Positions 13,401 to 26,800 are shown, numbered from the whole stretch's first letter. The stretch is DNA of 62,941 nt, filler included, from Reticulomyxa filosa (GCA_000512085.1; 18 parts of 18 records of this genome joined end to end with filler, not necessarily neighbours in it); one strand, 5' to 3'. Numbers and translations: made by a program. Notes: a model not told the origin generated them from the sequence alone.

Positions 13401-15194
13401 AAATTATGTAAAGTAATATACCTACAATGCCACCCTTAAATGTCAGCATCCTTGGCGAAATAAAGATTTTACTATTGGCACCATCGTTAGTCGGAAAGAA
13501 GGTTTCAGTTTCGGCATTGTACCAATAGTTGACATTAATATTTGGTTGGTTAGTAAACCGCATGTCATTGGCACCAATGACAAATGTTTGCTTCGTTTCG
13601 ATTTTTCTTTCCAACAAATACATCCATAATACGGTATGCAGTTGATATCCAAACAATTGCTCTCCTTCTTTCAAACTGAAACTCAACCGCTTTTGGACCA
13701 CATTTAAATGTTCCTTTTTTTTTTTTTTTTAAAAAAAATAAAATTATGATAATAAATTTCAAAAGTCATTATTATTGTTAATATTTTTTTTTTAAAAAAA
13801 AAAAAATAATAATAATAATTCTCTCACTCTGTCTTTTCTCTTGATCAATGGCAAATACGGCAATCCAGAATAAAGTTTGTGAGCTTTCTCTTGTTTTGGA
13901 AAAGCGAGGTGTGTTCTGAAAGGAAAGCTTTTGATTTTCTGTCGAAAGCACGTGTCAGCATTGTCGAAATTCAAATTGGCCCACGTGACTCCATGTTGCT
14001 GTTGTTCCAAGCCCAATCTCTCAAACTGTTGTTCCAGCAATCGATTGAACACATCGCAATTGAAGTAGACACTTCTCTGAAAGTGTTCGGCGAGAAAGGA
14101 AGCAATTTCGAAAGCAACCAGCCAATTCAGAGTGGAATTCACACTCATCAAAATTGAAGCCAACATTTCGCTGTCCGGAGAGACAACCACTTTAAACAAT
14201 TTGGAAGGGTTGGCACTTTCTATTCGAAACAGCACCTGGTCTTGGTCAATATCTTCCTGTTTCAGCTCCGAGTTGGTTGTAGCCTTTACATTAGATTTGG
14301 GCAATGATAATGGCCCTTTTTCTTTTTCTTTTTCTTCTTCTTCTTCTTCTTCTTTTTCTTCTTCTTCTTTTGTCTCGGTGATGCACTTTGCTTCACCGAT
14401 TTGTTTCACCACGATCACATAACGCTCTTTCTCCCAGCGTTGATATACTCCATCCCATCGACGCCGTGACTTTCCCTTTTGGTTAGTTTTGTTGATCGCC
14501 ACAACCACTGCGTTCGCCTCTCGCTTCAGCTCTGGGCGATACTCAAACCACGCTGTATTGTTGTGCAACGCAAAGTAGCAATAGCGTATTTTATCTCCAA
14601 TGTTGAGTTCATTACATTCATTTAGCTTCACCAAGTTCCACGAGTTTTCGCTTTCGTCCTCCAGTTCCTCTTCCGTCTTTGCTATTTTCTATTCATTCCA
14701 TTCATTCATTTTTTTTTTTTTTTAATTTGTTTGTTTGTTTGTTTGTTTTGTAAATTATTATTTCCCTTATCAAAAGCAAAAACTTTTAACAAAAATAAGA
14801 GTATTCTTTGCCAAATCCATGTCATCAGTTTTTTCTCCATAAACAAATAACAAATTCTTTTTGCCGTTGCTTGAGTGGGCATTGACGCCTTCTTTGTTAT
14901 CGTCCTCGGCTTTTTCCACTGCTTGATCTTTCTGCTTGAAATAAGGCAGTGGTGCGTCCGAATCTTTGGCCCAATTGTGCAGCGAGTGCTTCTCATCTAT
15001 TTTCTCCTTCTTCCGCATTTTGAACATATTCGTGTCCTCCCCTTTGAACTCGTGACAAATGGTTTTCAATTCGCGCAGTAATTCCTTGTTCGCATCCGCT
15101 GCTTTTTCTTCACTCACTGCCAGTTGCTCTTCCATCCACAGTTGCATCTCTTCGTCAGTCATTGCCAAGTTGTACTGGTCTTCACGACCCCAAC
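10490..15194 (-). CDS. SNF2-family helicase-like ATPase (RAD5/RAD16/SHPRH-like), multi-exon, 5'-partial
   Basis: Motifs in order: LFGYQLHTVLWM, GGI..ADDVGLGKTLTML, TLVIAPSHVVDQW, WYRIILDEA, RWYLSGTP, YGTK...RVIIFSLW, ASGANLTLATHVILVDP, ERQAVGRAVRQG, VIRFVIKDTLE. Confidence 0.9.
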
Positions 15195-15339
15195 CTTTTT
15201 TTTTTTTAAAGTTTAAAAAAAAAAAAAAAAAAAAAAAAANNNNNNNNNNNNNNNNNNNNNNNNNNNNNNNNNNNNNNNNNNNNTTAATTAATTAANNNNN
15301 NNNNNNNNNNNNNNNNNNNNNNNNNNNNNNNNNNNNNNN

Positions 15340-15366
<27 letters not shown>

Positions 15367-15370
<4 letters not shown>

Positions 15371-16374
15371 CCAACGTGGGGCAATCATACGAAGATATTA
15401 ATGAAAGCACGTTTGGAAGAAGGATCATATAGATACTGGAACGCGAAGGAAAGAAGCTTGGACATTGAGGGGATGCTGGAGGATCTGAGCAAGGCACGCG
15501 AAGGAGACATTATCCTGCTGCATGCGTGCGCGCACAACCCGACAGGCATCGATCCTACCTTCGAACAATGGCAACAAATCGCAAAAGTTATGAAAAAACA
15601 CAGACTCATCCCGTTTTTCGACACCGCTTATCAAGGATTTGCTTCTGGTGATTTGGATCGTGATGCTGTTAAGTTTTTTTTAACCCCCTTTTTTTTTTTT
15701 TTATTTCCCCCTTTTTTTTTTTTTTTGTCACGTATACTGGGATGCGAACAGTCGGCAATTCGATTATTCGAAAAAGAAGGGTTCGAATTTGTAGTGGCTC
15801 AATCTTTTGCGAAGAATATGGGCTTGTATAGTGAACGCGCGGGGTGTGTGACAGTCGTTTGCAATGACGCCAAATTTGCTGGCGCTTGCCAAAGCCAACT
15901 AGAAGCGGTCATTCGGCCAATGTACTCGAACCCGCCCCGATATGGTGCCGAAATTGTGAAGCGCATCCTCAGCAGCAACGAAAACTTCAAACTCTGGCAA
16001 GAGGAAATGACGTACATGAGTGGACGTATCATTCATATGCGCCAACTTTTGCGAGAAAATTTAGAAAAGTTAAAAACACCAGGCACTTGGAACCACATTA
16101 CAGATCAAATTGGCATGTTTTCGTTCACGGGCCTCACTGGTATGTGCAACGATATATATATATATTTTTTTTTTTTGATTGGAATATGTTTGATATTGCG
16201 TAATGGTCTTTGTGCTGCCTTCAAATTGCAACAGCTCCGCAAGTCGAAGTAGTCATGTCCAAACATCACATTTACATGTTGAAAGATGGACGTATTTCTA
16301 TGGCTGGTGTGACTTCGAAGAACGTTGAGTACTTGGCCCGTGCTATTGATGATGTCGTCAGAAACGTCAAATGA
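15367..16374 (+). CDS. GOT: Aspartate aminotransferase (class I PLP enzyme), 5'-partial, 2 introns
   Basis: [87 protein letters not shown]. Stop TGA at 16372-16374. Confidence 0.97.
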
Positions 16375-17429
16375 AAGTTTTTACTTGTTTCTAGTCGATC
16401 GAAATTGAACTTGCTTTGTCTTGGTTCGTTTTCTCCCTCATTTAGAGTTTTTTTGTTGTTCAGTTTATTCTTTAATCATCACAAAGTTGAATCGGTATCC
16501 CATGAACGAATACAAACGGCCAAGCTTTAATATCTGTTCAACATTAAAGTTTATGTAGTTCTTCATTTGGGACATAGATTACCAGTGATTTTATGTCAGC
16601 TTAAAAAATTTTTTAGTGACAATGTAAGAAATTAAATATTTTTATAACAAAAGATTTCTTATCATTAAATAGTCATATCCCAATAAAACGAATATATTCA
16701 ATTATCTTAATATATTTATAAATACTTGATCCGTTCTGACACACAAATTATCCTTTATCCGCTGTTTCGCAAATTATTATTATTTTTTATTTAAACAATT
16801 TTGAGAAATTTACTCAAATAGATCAAATAAACAAAATAATATCATTAAGTAAATATATAATAAAAACAATCACAAATGAACTAACAATATTTATTTAACA
16901 ATAATTTATAAATGTTAAAAATAACATTAACAACAATTGCATTATCATTGAAAACGCTTACAATTACTTCTAAAAATGAAAAATTTTTTTTCATTTTATT
17001 CTTCTGATTGATTCAACATAACTATTTTTGATGGCTCATAAATTAATTTAAAATGGTGTTGATTGGATTTTCTCACTCAAACAAAACATTTTTTTGCAAA
17101 TAAAAAAAATTATAACATACCAAACAATCATTTACTTTTTCTTTCATGCTTTCCATCAAAATAAAAAACAACAAAACAAATTTGCAAAAAATCATTCAAA
17201 TTTTAAAAAAAGGAAAAAAAGGCAAAAAAAGTAAAAGTAAAAGTTTCTATCTGGCGTCGTTCTACGACGCCGGATAAAAACTATTACTTTTTTGTCTTTT
17301 TTTCCTTTTTTGATCCAGGACGAAAATCTAGCCATATCAGTATAAAAGGAGTTTTTATATATACAGTGTATGTATATAAAGATATATAAATTTTTATTTG
17401 TCGAGCTATTCAAACTTTGAACCTGCAAG

Positions 17430-18983
17430 ATGTCTACTATGGAGAACTTGTCACAGTCAGTTGATATCGCTTGCAATCGCTATCCCAACCAAGAACTAGT
17501 CGCACATCACAAAGAAAAAGATGCAATGGAAAAGAATTAACTAAAATTTGGATTCAACCAAAAATACTTGTCGGCTATCCTCTTGAAAATTTAAAAAGAG
17601 ACTTCCCAAAGTATGATTGGAAAATGATAATCAACTCAATATCATCTGGAAAATGGGATTTACTTGAAAGTATCGGTATCAAAGTAAATCCCGAGGTAAG
17701 GACTGAAACATTTGGAATAAAAATTCCACAAGAAGAAGACCAAAACCAAAACGAAACAGACAGAAATGAATGAAAATGACAAGAATGACGACAAGGTAGA
17801 CACTAAAAAGGTAATGAAAAGGAAAGGCCAGAAAATAGCTTCTCACAGCAACTGCATCTCAAAATAGTAAATATAAAATTAAAACTCAACAATGAAGAAA
17901 ACAAAAAAATGATAAATAGTGATAGTAGAAAAAATAGTATGGTAAAAGATATCACCAAGGAATTAGATGAAGAACAACAATCGGAATCAGAAAGTGCAGA
18001 CACAAATAATGATAGTGAGAATGAATTGCATAATGAGAGTAAAAGCCAACAGAAAACGAAGCAAGACAACCATACGGAAAATCGAAAAATAATCGATGCG
18101 CTTAAAAAGGAAAACGATGACCTACTTACACAAATGGAAAAAGTAGAGAACAGTTACAACCAGTTGATCCAGAAATGCAAAACGAAATAGATTTGCTTAA
18201 AAACAAAATAGTTTGTTAAAGACAAAGAGGAGAAAAGAGACATAGATGATACAGCAAATAGGGAAAGAAAAGAACAAAAGTATGATGAAGTTGTAACTAG
18301 TAATAAAAGGAATACAAATCAAAAGAATAACGCGCTAATGAAGGAACAATTACAAAATATGGAGGCGAAGGTAGTGTTGTTCGGCTGGATATTCAATAAC
18401 TATGTGAATTTCTCTGATATAATGGTATAGTGACCTCGTGGGGAATACAGAAACAGGATCTTGGAAGAATCAAATTCCATATGTATAGCAATGGAACATG
18501 AGATATATATCACTAGAGGTAAAAGACAAAACAACACCAGCAAAAGTAGTTGATAGTGCAAAAAAGGCAATAGAAAATAAAAGTATAAAAGGAGTACTGT
18601 GGGCAGACATATACAATGAAGAAAGGCAAAAAAAAACCAAGCATGTTGAAAGTAGAAACAATTTCTTCTTACTAAGATGGAATAACCAAATCAATGGTTA
18701 CAAGAATTGGAGCAATGACAGACGACTTGGACATTACCAACCAAGAATGATGAACCAATACGTGAATAGCCCACAAAGAAGACATTGGCAATATAATAAT
18801 ATCAAAGCGAATGGATACCAGTACCAATACGCAAGACAACGAAACAATGCATATCATTGGAAAGCGGATGAGCAAATAACAGCTAATAATGACCAAGCCA
18901 CTAATAATAATAATAAAAACCAAAATATATACATAAACCAAAATAGTAATACAGTAAAGATAAAAAAGAAAGTTGACACCTAA
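17430..18983 (+). pseudogene. Intronless, disrupted Lys/Asn/Glu-rich ORF, possibly a retroelement ORF1/gag-like relic
   Basis: Successive A-rich ORFs (17471, 17909, 18498) broken by stops and frameshifts. Contains a coiled-coil-like stretch. No diagnostic motif found. Confidence 0.3.
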
Positions 18984-19598
18984 AATGCCANNNNNNNNNN
19001 NNNNNNNNNNNNNNNNNNNNNNNNNNNNNNNNNNTTAATTAATTAANNNNNNNNNNNNNNNNNNNNNNNNNNNNNNNNNNNNNNNNNNNNCGTATTTGCG
19101 AAGAAGCAAAAAAGAATTCAATGTTAACATTTGTCTTGCTTGTTGTTGAGTGCCCCGATTCTTAACATAAATTTTTCACAAATTTTGCTTAATGTTTTGT
19201 TCAATTTATATTTTGAACATTCAATATTTTGTTTATTGCGAACATCTCGCAAATTATTAATATTCTTGAATTTCTTTGCGTAAATAGTAATCAATTTGCA
19301 ATTTAAATTCAATTCTTTCTGCTTGCCAAATCAAGCTATCTGATCGATTCAAATATAAAAAGGTCCACAAACAGTTAAATCAAAGAATCACTGTTTTGAT
19401 TTTGTTTAATGTATTTTAAAAATCTTTTAATTGAATTTTCTTTGTTCTCCCGATTTGTGATGTGATGTCGCCCTACATTTACTGCTAATACCACATGAGC
19501 TATTCCAGAGTTGTAAACATGTTCACTTTTTCTTATTAAAATTTAAATTGTTACTAAAGCTAACATAAAAGAAAAGGGAGAGTAACAGATTTGAAAAT

Positions 19599-21866
19599 CT
19601 ATTGTTGTGACAATTTTAAAAAATTAGAAATTCTTTGTTTTAGCATATAGTTTGGAGTGAACCACAACTCTCCATTAACAAACAGTGATGCATACTCGCG
19701 ATGAAGACAAGCATCAATTGTAATTGACGCCTGATCGTACGTCTTTCCATCTGTAACTATCACAGGATCCTTCATAATCGTTCTCGATATTGGGCAAAGC
19801 AATACGTCTGGTATACATTGCATCCCAATGGGTCTACCACCGTCGATAGGATACATATACCGAACAAGATGAAACGAATCATGAACGAGACAGGCATCAA
19901 GAAACTCGGCGATGTGGAATGTTGTAGCCAATTCATGTTCAGTCATTTTAGAAAAAGATTGCACGTCAATATGATTATGTCTAACAGTGTCACAAAAATC
20001 ATGAATTTGCCGTTTTGTGCTGTTCAACGTCTGCCCGATGAAAATAGCTATGTGATGTTCCTTCCATTGAGGCCATTTAGATTTTAATTTTTTCAATTGT
20101 TCATGCATCCGTTCTTTATTTTCTTGTTGGGATGTGACCATCTTGTTGCTTGATTCTTTGCAACGTTGCAACAAATTGGTATTCGTTTCAATCGTTGAGG
20201 TTAAAACTTTCATTAATCCATCCGTCTTTTGCTTTGAATCATCTGCTTGCACTTCCAGCGCCAATACATTCCATTCGTTCACGCATTGCACATATCTCCT
20301 CATTACATTATCAAGTTCTTTTTTCAATGAATTTTTCATGTCCCTTTTTTCAACCAATTTGAGTTGAGTATCTTGAAATCTCTTTAAATTTTGTTTCGAT
20401 GCTTGCTGCGTTCTGTCTAGTATTTCCTTTTTTTTTTTAAGTCACCAATAATAATTTTTTTTTTTACTATTGCACGTATACACATGCATACATATAACAT
20501 ACAGCGAGATTTTGCTTTAATTTGGACACACACGTTAAAAATGATATTATTTCAAATGTTTTTTTATTAAGTTTCTTATTAAGCTCCGAGACAAGTCCAT
20601 CTGAGCCCCACAAATCTGTTCTGTTCCAGTTCACGTTGTCCCAATCCATGTGTATTTCGTGTTGTAACATTTGCAAACCTTTTTGAATATCGCTCATTGC
20701 TTTTTCTATTTCCTCCAATTCTCGTGGCATTTCTCCAATTTTGTCTGTTTCTCCCTCTTGTTTCTGTTCATCCCCTAGCTCGATGCTTTGTGGGATCGAA
20801 AGACAACTCTCTTTTCTGGGTTGCATCTTTTCTTGCACAATTTGCAAGAGCTCAGATTTTTCAAGGAGTTCTTCCATATTTATTCTGATATGTATCTTTT
20901 GTCTTTTCTCAGCACTATTTGTCCCGCCAATCACATGGGCATACGTATAATCATGGTTCATGATCGCACATGTCGAACTACTTTCAATTGGCAAAGTGAC
21001 ACTGCACTCACTCCATGTTTTTTTTTTCATCGCGAATTTCCATATATTTTTGGATTTTTTTTTATCAGTACTACTCATTCCTCCGCATACAAATAGAAAG
21101 TCATACAAATGAAAAAATGAATAAAAAGTAAAGTTTCTCAGAGCCTTACATGTCGGCAATGTGTCATACTGAAATGCTCTATTTTTTTCATCAAACTTTA
21201 TCAGGAGTCCTGTGCTGTGACAAAACAATATATAGTGATTAGTCACTGGTTCGTCACCGATTGTTAAAGGCACAAATGCACAATGCTCGACTCCGAATTC
21301 ATACTCCTCTTTTGGCAACGTAGCGTTTTGAACTTGGCTCATATTTTGCATCGTCTTTAAATCGATCACTTGCATGTTCTTTGGAAAATGTGCAATGAAC
21401 AGCAAATCATTGTCATAGCCGCCTATCAAGCCACGCGCGCCCTCCAAATTGTCGTTAAACTCTCCGATTTTTGAATGAGGGATATTCGTCCACGTGTTAA
21501 ACAATGGAGGTGGTTCTTTGAATATTTGATGTATCATTATTTTCGTCCATACGCTCTTATACGTCATCGAGAACGTAGTTTTTTCTCGTGTTTTCCTTGC
21601 CCTCCGAAAGACAATAGGTAAATTTCATTGGAGCCAGTTTGCTTACCATTCCATTTTAGCACACAATGTCCATCTAATTTAACGTGGTTTGGATAAGAGC
21701 AGATTGGTTTGTACTGCCTCTTTAACATATGGTACGAGTAGCACTGGCTGACATCGTCGCCTCCACAAATAAGAAGTTCATTCTCAAAACGGATACATTG
21801 GGTTCCTGAAATGTGCTGTGGTAATTCTGGCAAGCGATTTGATTCAAGCATTGGAGTGGTGGACAA
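19599..21866 (-). CDS. Kelch-repeat + coiled-coil + U-box protein; frameshift near 21565, intron near 20390-20500
   Basis: Kelch-like motifs ELLICGG...CYSYH, LLSFGG, LIGGYDNDLLFI, FVCGG, HVIGG. C-terminal U-box IPDVLLCPISRTIMKDPVIVTDGKTYDQASI...PNYMLKQRI. Confidence 0.85.
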
Positions 21867-22169
21867 TAAAGACTGAGATTAAAGATTTTTTTTGTTTTGA
21901 AACTATGCTACACGCAATGCGTTTAAAAAGTATGCATTGATGCATTATGTTGGCAGTGGGTTCAGTCAAAAGAAATGGAGTTTTTACTATTTTCAAAGAC
22001 TAAACTTTGTCAAATATAAGTCTTTGTGTGATGCTAAAACAGTGTGTGAATAACTCAAAAGTGTAACGTGGTTTTCTAGGATTATAAATTTGAACAAGAT
22101 GGTGGGAAGGAGGATGAAGCATGATTGAAAGGACTACTGAAACGACACAAAGAAATAAAAAAGATGGTT

Positions 22170-22835
22170 TTAAAAGTCACGATGAAGCATAATTTGGTGA
22201 AGAAGTTTGGTAATAGCAACTTGCACTTTGGCAAGTGCATTGTTTGCCATTTGAAGTTGTGCATCCAAATTTTCCCTTTGGCCGGCTTTGCTTTTGGAAG
22301 TAGGCAATTGAGTGCTTAACTCCTCTTGTTTTGTCAAGATAAGTTGTTTTCTTTCTAACAAGTTCCCCAAGCAATTGTACATCGAGCAAAGTACTTTTTC
22401 ATGTAAAGCGATCCATGGCACATACCACGCATAGTAAGTCCGATGTGGGTCTCGATCCACCGAACGAGGGATTTCTTGCACTTCCAAATAGTTTTCATTC
22501 ATCATTGTGTACAAGCATTGCCGGACCTCATTCAAATTCATCAAGCAAATCTCTCCTAATTGCCGCTCTCCAATGTACTTGAAATCGATTATCACTTTGA
22601 ACAGGCGAGCGCATTCCACGCCAAACCGCGATTGCACCAGCGTTTGCACGTCCAATAGTCGCAGTCGATCAATGATCCCGCGCACGTTCACGTAGTACTG
22701 ATCACCGTTTTCGATCAGCAGCAACGGCGTTACATCTCGCATTTCCAAGCAAATGTCACACCCATCGCTCAATTCCTCCAGCACTTTGTCCACATTTTTG
22801 CAAGACGCATTACGACCTGTCACCATCAACAGTTT
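22170..22835 (-). CDS. POLR3C: RNA polymerase III subunit RPC3/C62 (POLR3C/RPC82), C-terminal exon
   Basis: YYVNVRGII...VQSRFGVECARLFKVI...GERQLGEICLMNLNEVRQCLYTMMNENYLEVQEIPRSVDRDPHRTYYAW matches the C62/C82 C-terminal winged-helix region. Confidence 0.85.
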   Translation of the reverse strand, partial: KLLMVTGRNASCKNVDKVLEELSDGCDICLEMRDVTPLLLIENGDQYYVNVRGIIDRLRLLDVQTLVQSRFGVECARLFKVIIDFKYIGERQLGEICLMNLNEVRQCLYTMMNENYLEVQEIPRSVDRDPHRTYYAWYVPWIALHEKVLCSMYNCLGNLLERKQLILTKQEELSTQLPTSKSKAGQRENLDAQLQMANNALAKVQVAITKLLHQIMLHRDF

Positions 22836-22984
22836 GCAAAACACACACACACACACANNNNNNNNNNNNNNNNNNNNNNNNNNNNNNNNNNNNNNNNNNN
22901 NTTAATTAATTAANNNNNNNNNNNNNNNNNNNNNNNNNNNNNNNNNNNNNNNNNNNNAAAAAAAAAACAAAAAAAAAAAACAAA

Positions 22985-23600
22985 ACTGATTGCCGCCAGT
23001 TCTGTCGTCAATTTCGTCTTGGACAAATTGCGGTAATGCAAACTCTGGTGTTTCATTCACTTCTTCAAAGTCAGCATGGAAATACACACATAATAATCCG
23101 CACCAATCCACGCAAGGATACTTCTTAATGGATTGCGTCGGCAAACGGTTTTTGCACTTGTCCTTTTCGTTCAAGTACGGGATCTCGACCACTTTTCCGT
23201 CTTTGTCAAACTTCCATTCGTGGAACGGACATTGAATGCAATCGTCAATAATTTTGCCTCCAACTGCTATGTTGGCACCCATATGAGGGCAATAAGCGTC
23301 CATTACTACTGGTGTTCCTGATGTCGTTCTCCACACCGCAAAGTTTTGTCCGAGGGCTCGTATGTACAGCGGGCTGCACCTGCTTTCACTTCGTCACTGT
23401 CTGCCAAATGGTACCATGTGTTGGGAACGGGTGGTAAATACGTCTTAAACCTTCGATAATCGTTCTCTCTTTGGGTTGGCTTTGCAAACAGAGATGCTGC
23501 TGTTTGTCTCTTGTTCTCCGTTTTGTTCCAACGCAACATTAACCAATACCAACCCGAAAGTAGCACCAAAGAGGTCACAAACAAAATCATGGCAACCATG
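22985..23600 (-). CDS. Rieske oxygenase, cholesterol 7-desaturase (Neverland/DAF-36)-like, 3'-partial, frameshift near 23370
   Basis: N-terminal TM segment, PPVPNTWY, LYIRALGQNFAVWR, and the Rieske motif DAYCPHMGANIAVGG...CIQCPFHEWKF. Confidence 0.85.
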
Positions 23601-25029
23601 TTTATACGCAGCAAAAAACAAAGAAAAAACTACCCAAAAAAAAAAAAAAACAACAAAAACCAGTCCCAACACAACTTTTGATGTTTACACCTTTTCCTCA
23701 GGTGTTTTTCTTAATTTGTGGCACTGTTTATTATTTTACTCTCTATGGCATGTTGTTGTCTGTTTTCCTTTTTTTTTTTTACTATTATTTTCATCCAACT
23801 AATGTTGTAACATCTTTATCTGCAATTTTTAAAGTTGTAAATATTGAACAAATTCTACACTGAAATTACTAAAGCTGCCAATAACTCCAAGATATGTCAT
23901 TCAAAAAATCTTTTTCAAATTTGTTTGATCTACTAGCTCTGAATGACAACATTAAAATTATCTTTATTGTTTTTCAAAGTTTAAATTTTTGTTTTACATT
24001 TTAAATATCACTTGTATTGCAATTATTGCCACGTTGACAATAAAATTTATCTTTTTGTCCTTTGAATACTTTGATCAATCTGATTTTGATTTATCATTTG
24101 AGTCCACTTACACATTGAACGTGTGCTGTCAAATAAAGTTCAAAAAGCAGGCACAATAATTTTTAAAAACATAAAATCTTCATAATGTAGCATTTTATGT
24201 TTTCATTTTTTTGTAGCCGGCTCTATTTGTGGTATATGCAATTATTGTGCCAAGATTAACGCTAATCTTAGCAAAATTAACTCTAGGTACTTTCCTGCAA
24301 AAGTTCTGCACTAAGTATCTCTTCAAAAGTGGATGTCAGTTTCACCAAAATTTTTGGAATGCAATTTGGTAAAAAGTAAGATTTTGAGGAAATAAAATAA
24401 TTTTTTCAATATCTTTGTTTAACTGACGAATAGTTCGATTTATTGAAAACTCATCCACATAATTTGCATCTTCAAATTAAAATGACTTAAGGAAAATCTG
24501 ATATACTATTCTTGTTACACTTTTTTAACGTATAATCTGGAGTATTTCACGAAAAATAAAGTTTTAAATTACTCTCACAAGATTCATGTAAGTTTTGATA
24601 GTAGAGTTTCAATAAAAATCTTTTTTTAAATACAATGTCTTTCTAGGTTAGTGCTTGAAAGTGAAAAAATTGTTAACACCTATATTTCCGTGTGTCTGCC
24701 GTTTACTATTGAGACAAAAGACTAATCCATAACTGCTTTTTAAGTTTGAAGTGGGAAAAGAAGCGAGGTTACATGGATTCAAAAGCGGACAACAAGTATC
24801 AAGCGAAGGGAGCAACTTGATAATTGTGGAGGGTGAGGAGCAAGCACACTACGAGGGAGTTAAAAAAAAAAAGGTTCATTTGAAAAAAAAACGTGCAGAA
24901 AGAACGAGCTCCTTCCCTGAGGTACTTTGTGTATTATTATTTTTTTGGTATGTACAAGCATAAAAATCCAGTGATAATTGTCATTGATGAAATGAAAATA
25001 GTAAAAGAGGTCAAAACGACATTGAAGTC

Positions 25030-26061
25030 AAACATGCATTTCAAATCTCAAAAAGAAGTCAAAGCGTCAAAGGTGGTATGGACATCCCCCCAACATAACA
25101 TTTCCAGCGTATTGCGTAAGTCACTAACAGTTTTGCATTCCTTAACACTGTATTTCAACAGCATTTCGCTGTCTTCATTACTCGGGATGACATGATAGGA
25201 CAATGTGCATCTAAAATTAGTGACAGTAAAGTGCTTGTATATTTTAGTATAAAAGCGAGCAAATGCATATATATATATAGTGTATTGTATGTGCGTGTGT
25301 GTGTAAACCTAGAAAAGTCACTCGTGCATCCAATGGCATAAAAGGAAGAAAAGCCAGCTTCTACATCTCTGCCAAAGTGGGCATTGCAAGGTCCAAAAGC
25401 CCATGCTTGCTAAAACAGTCACAAAAAAAAAAAGAGGGGTACAAACATTATTACTATTATTATTATCACTATTAATGTATATATACGCATATAAATATAT
25501 ATATTTTTTTGGAAAAAAAAAATCAAACCAAAAATAGCGATCTTTTTTCCAAGACATTGATAGGAGCACCTCGATCTAAGGCGTCATGAACATCGTCAAT
25601 GTGAGCAGCAAAGATATTGCAAGGCTCGAAGATGCCCATCCACATGACATCTTGAGCTTCCAACTCCTCGCCCACACTGTCGACGCCCTTAAAGAGCCAC
25701 GTGTGAAACATCAGATTGGACTCATGCTTGTTGTCACACTTGGCATGTTGGCAGGTTTGACTTTTCGGACACTTGTGGATTTCAAAATAAAAGTCGATAT
25801 TGCTCAGTGACAACGACGACGATGACGACGTAGTCTTTTCTTTGTCACTTGCACTCTGTGTTTTCTGTTCGGTCGTGTCCGTGTCCGTGTCCGTGTTCGT
25901 GTCCTTTATCGACTTCTCTTCACTATTGTCTGTGTTACCTTTCGCTCCTGTCTTTGACTTCTCTATCACCCCATTCAAAGCCTCGCGTACTGACTTGGGC
26001 AAATTCGACACTGTCTTTTCCTTCAGTTCCAGTTCGAGCAATACTAACGGCACGTTCGGTT
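25030..26061 (-). CDS. Hypothetical protein, multi-exon, 5'-partial
   Basis: GC-richer open exons at ~26061-25540, ~25410-25322 and ~25212-25058, separated by GT-AG introns. Contains a small CPKSQTCQHAKC...H cluster. No family recognised. Confidence 0.5.
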
Positions 26062-26118
26062 CTTTTTTTTTTTTTTTTTTACGCATACATCCCCTCCTCT
26101 TTATTATTTGTGGTTCTT

Positions 26119-26153
<35 letters not shown>

Positions 26154-26295
26154 GGGAANNNNNNNNNNNNNNNNNNNNNNNNNNNNNNNNNNNNNNNNNN
26201 NNTTAATTAATTAANNNNNNNNNNNNNNNNNNNNNNNNNNNNNNNNNNNNNNNNNNNNTATATATGCATATATATAATATATCACACCAAACGTA

Positions 26296-26800
26296 ACCTG
26301 AAATAGTTTGATTCTCGGATCTACTTTGTTGTCCATGGACGTGGCTCGACTCGAGTTTGTGCTTTTTTTTTGTTCGCATGGGTCGATGGGATGGCTTCGA
26401 CTCCTCGCAATCGCGCTGTCTTCGCTGCTTCAGTGATACGTACTCGTCAAATGACCCGATTTCGTTATTCACAAATGCCCAAAATGATGCCATTTGGCCT
26501 TTTGTTTTCTTTAACACTTCCGTCCCTTCACTCAACTCCGACGGTGGGGTCCCCTTTGCGCTCTTTCGGTATGGCGACGCTATCGCGGGCATTGACATTG
26601 AATGGCTCATTCGCTCTGTTGCTCGTAGCGCGTTTGACTCGCTTTCCGTGTTTGAGTCTTCACTTTGCTTGATTACTGATGTCTCCACGTATGATTCTGA
26701 AGCCATCAAGCTTGCATTGCTCTTTCTCAACCTCTCAATTTTTCAATCCTTTGTATAATAGATATGCTGATGCATTTTTTTTTCTTGTTTTCCCCCATCT
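26296..26800 (-). CDS. Hypothetical Ser-rich protein, first exon, divergent from MECR
   Basis: Open frame 26730-26296 ending at a GT donor. Start uncertain. Confidence 0.4.
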
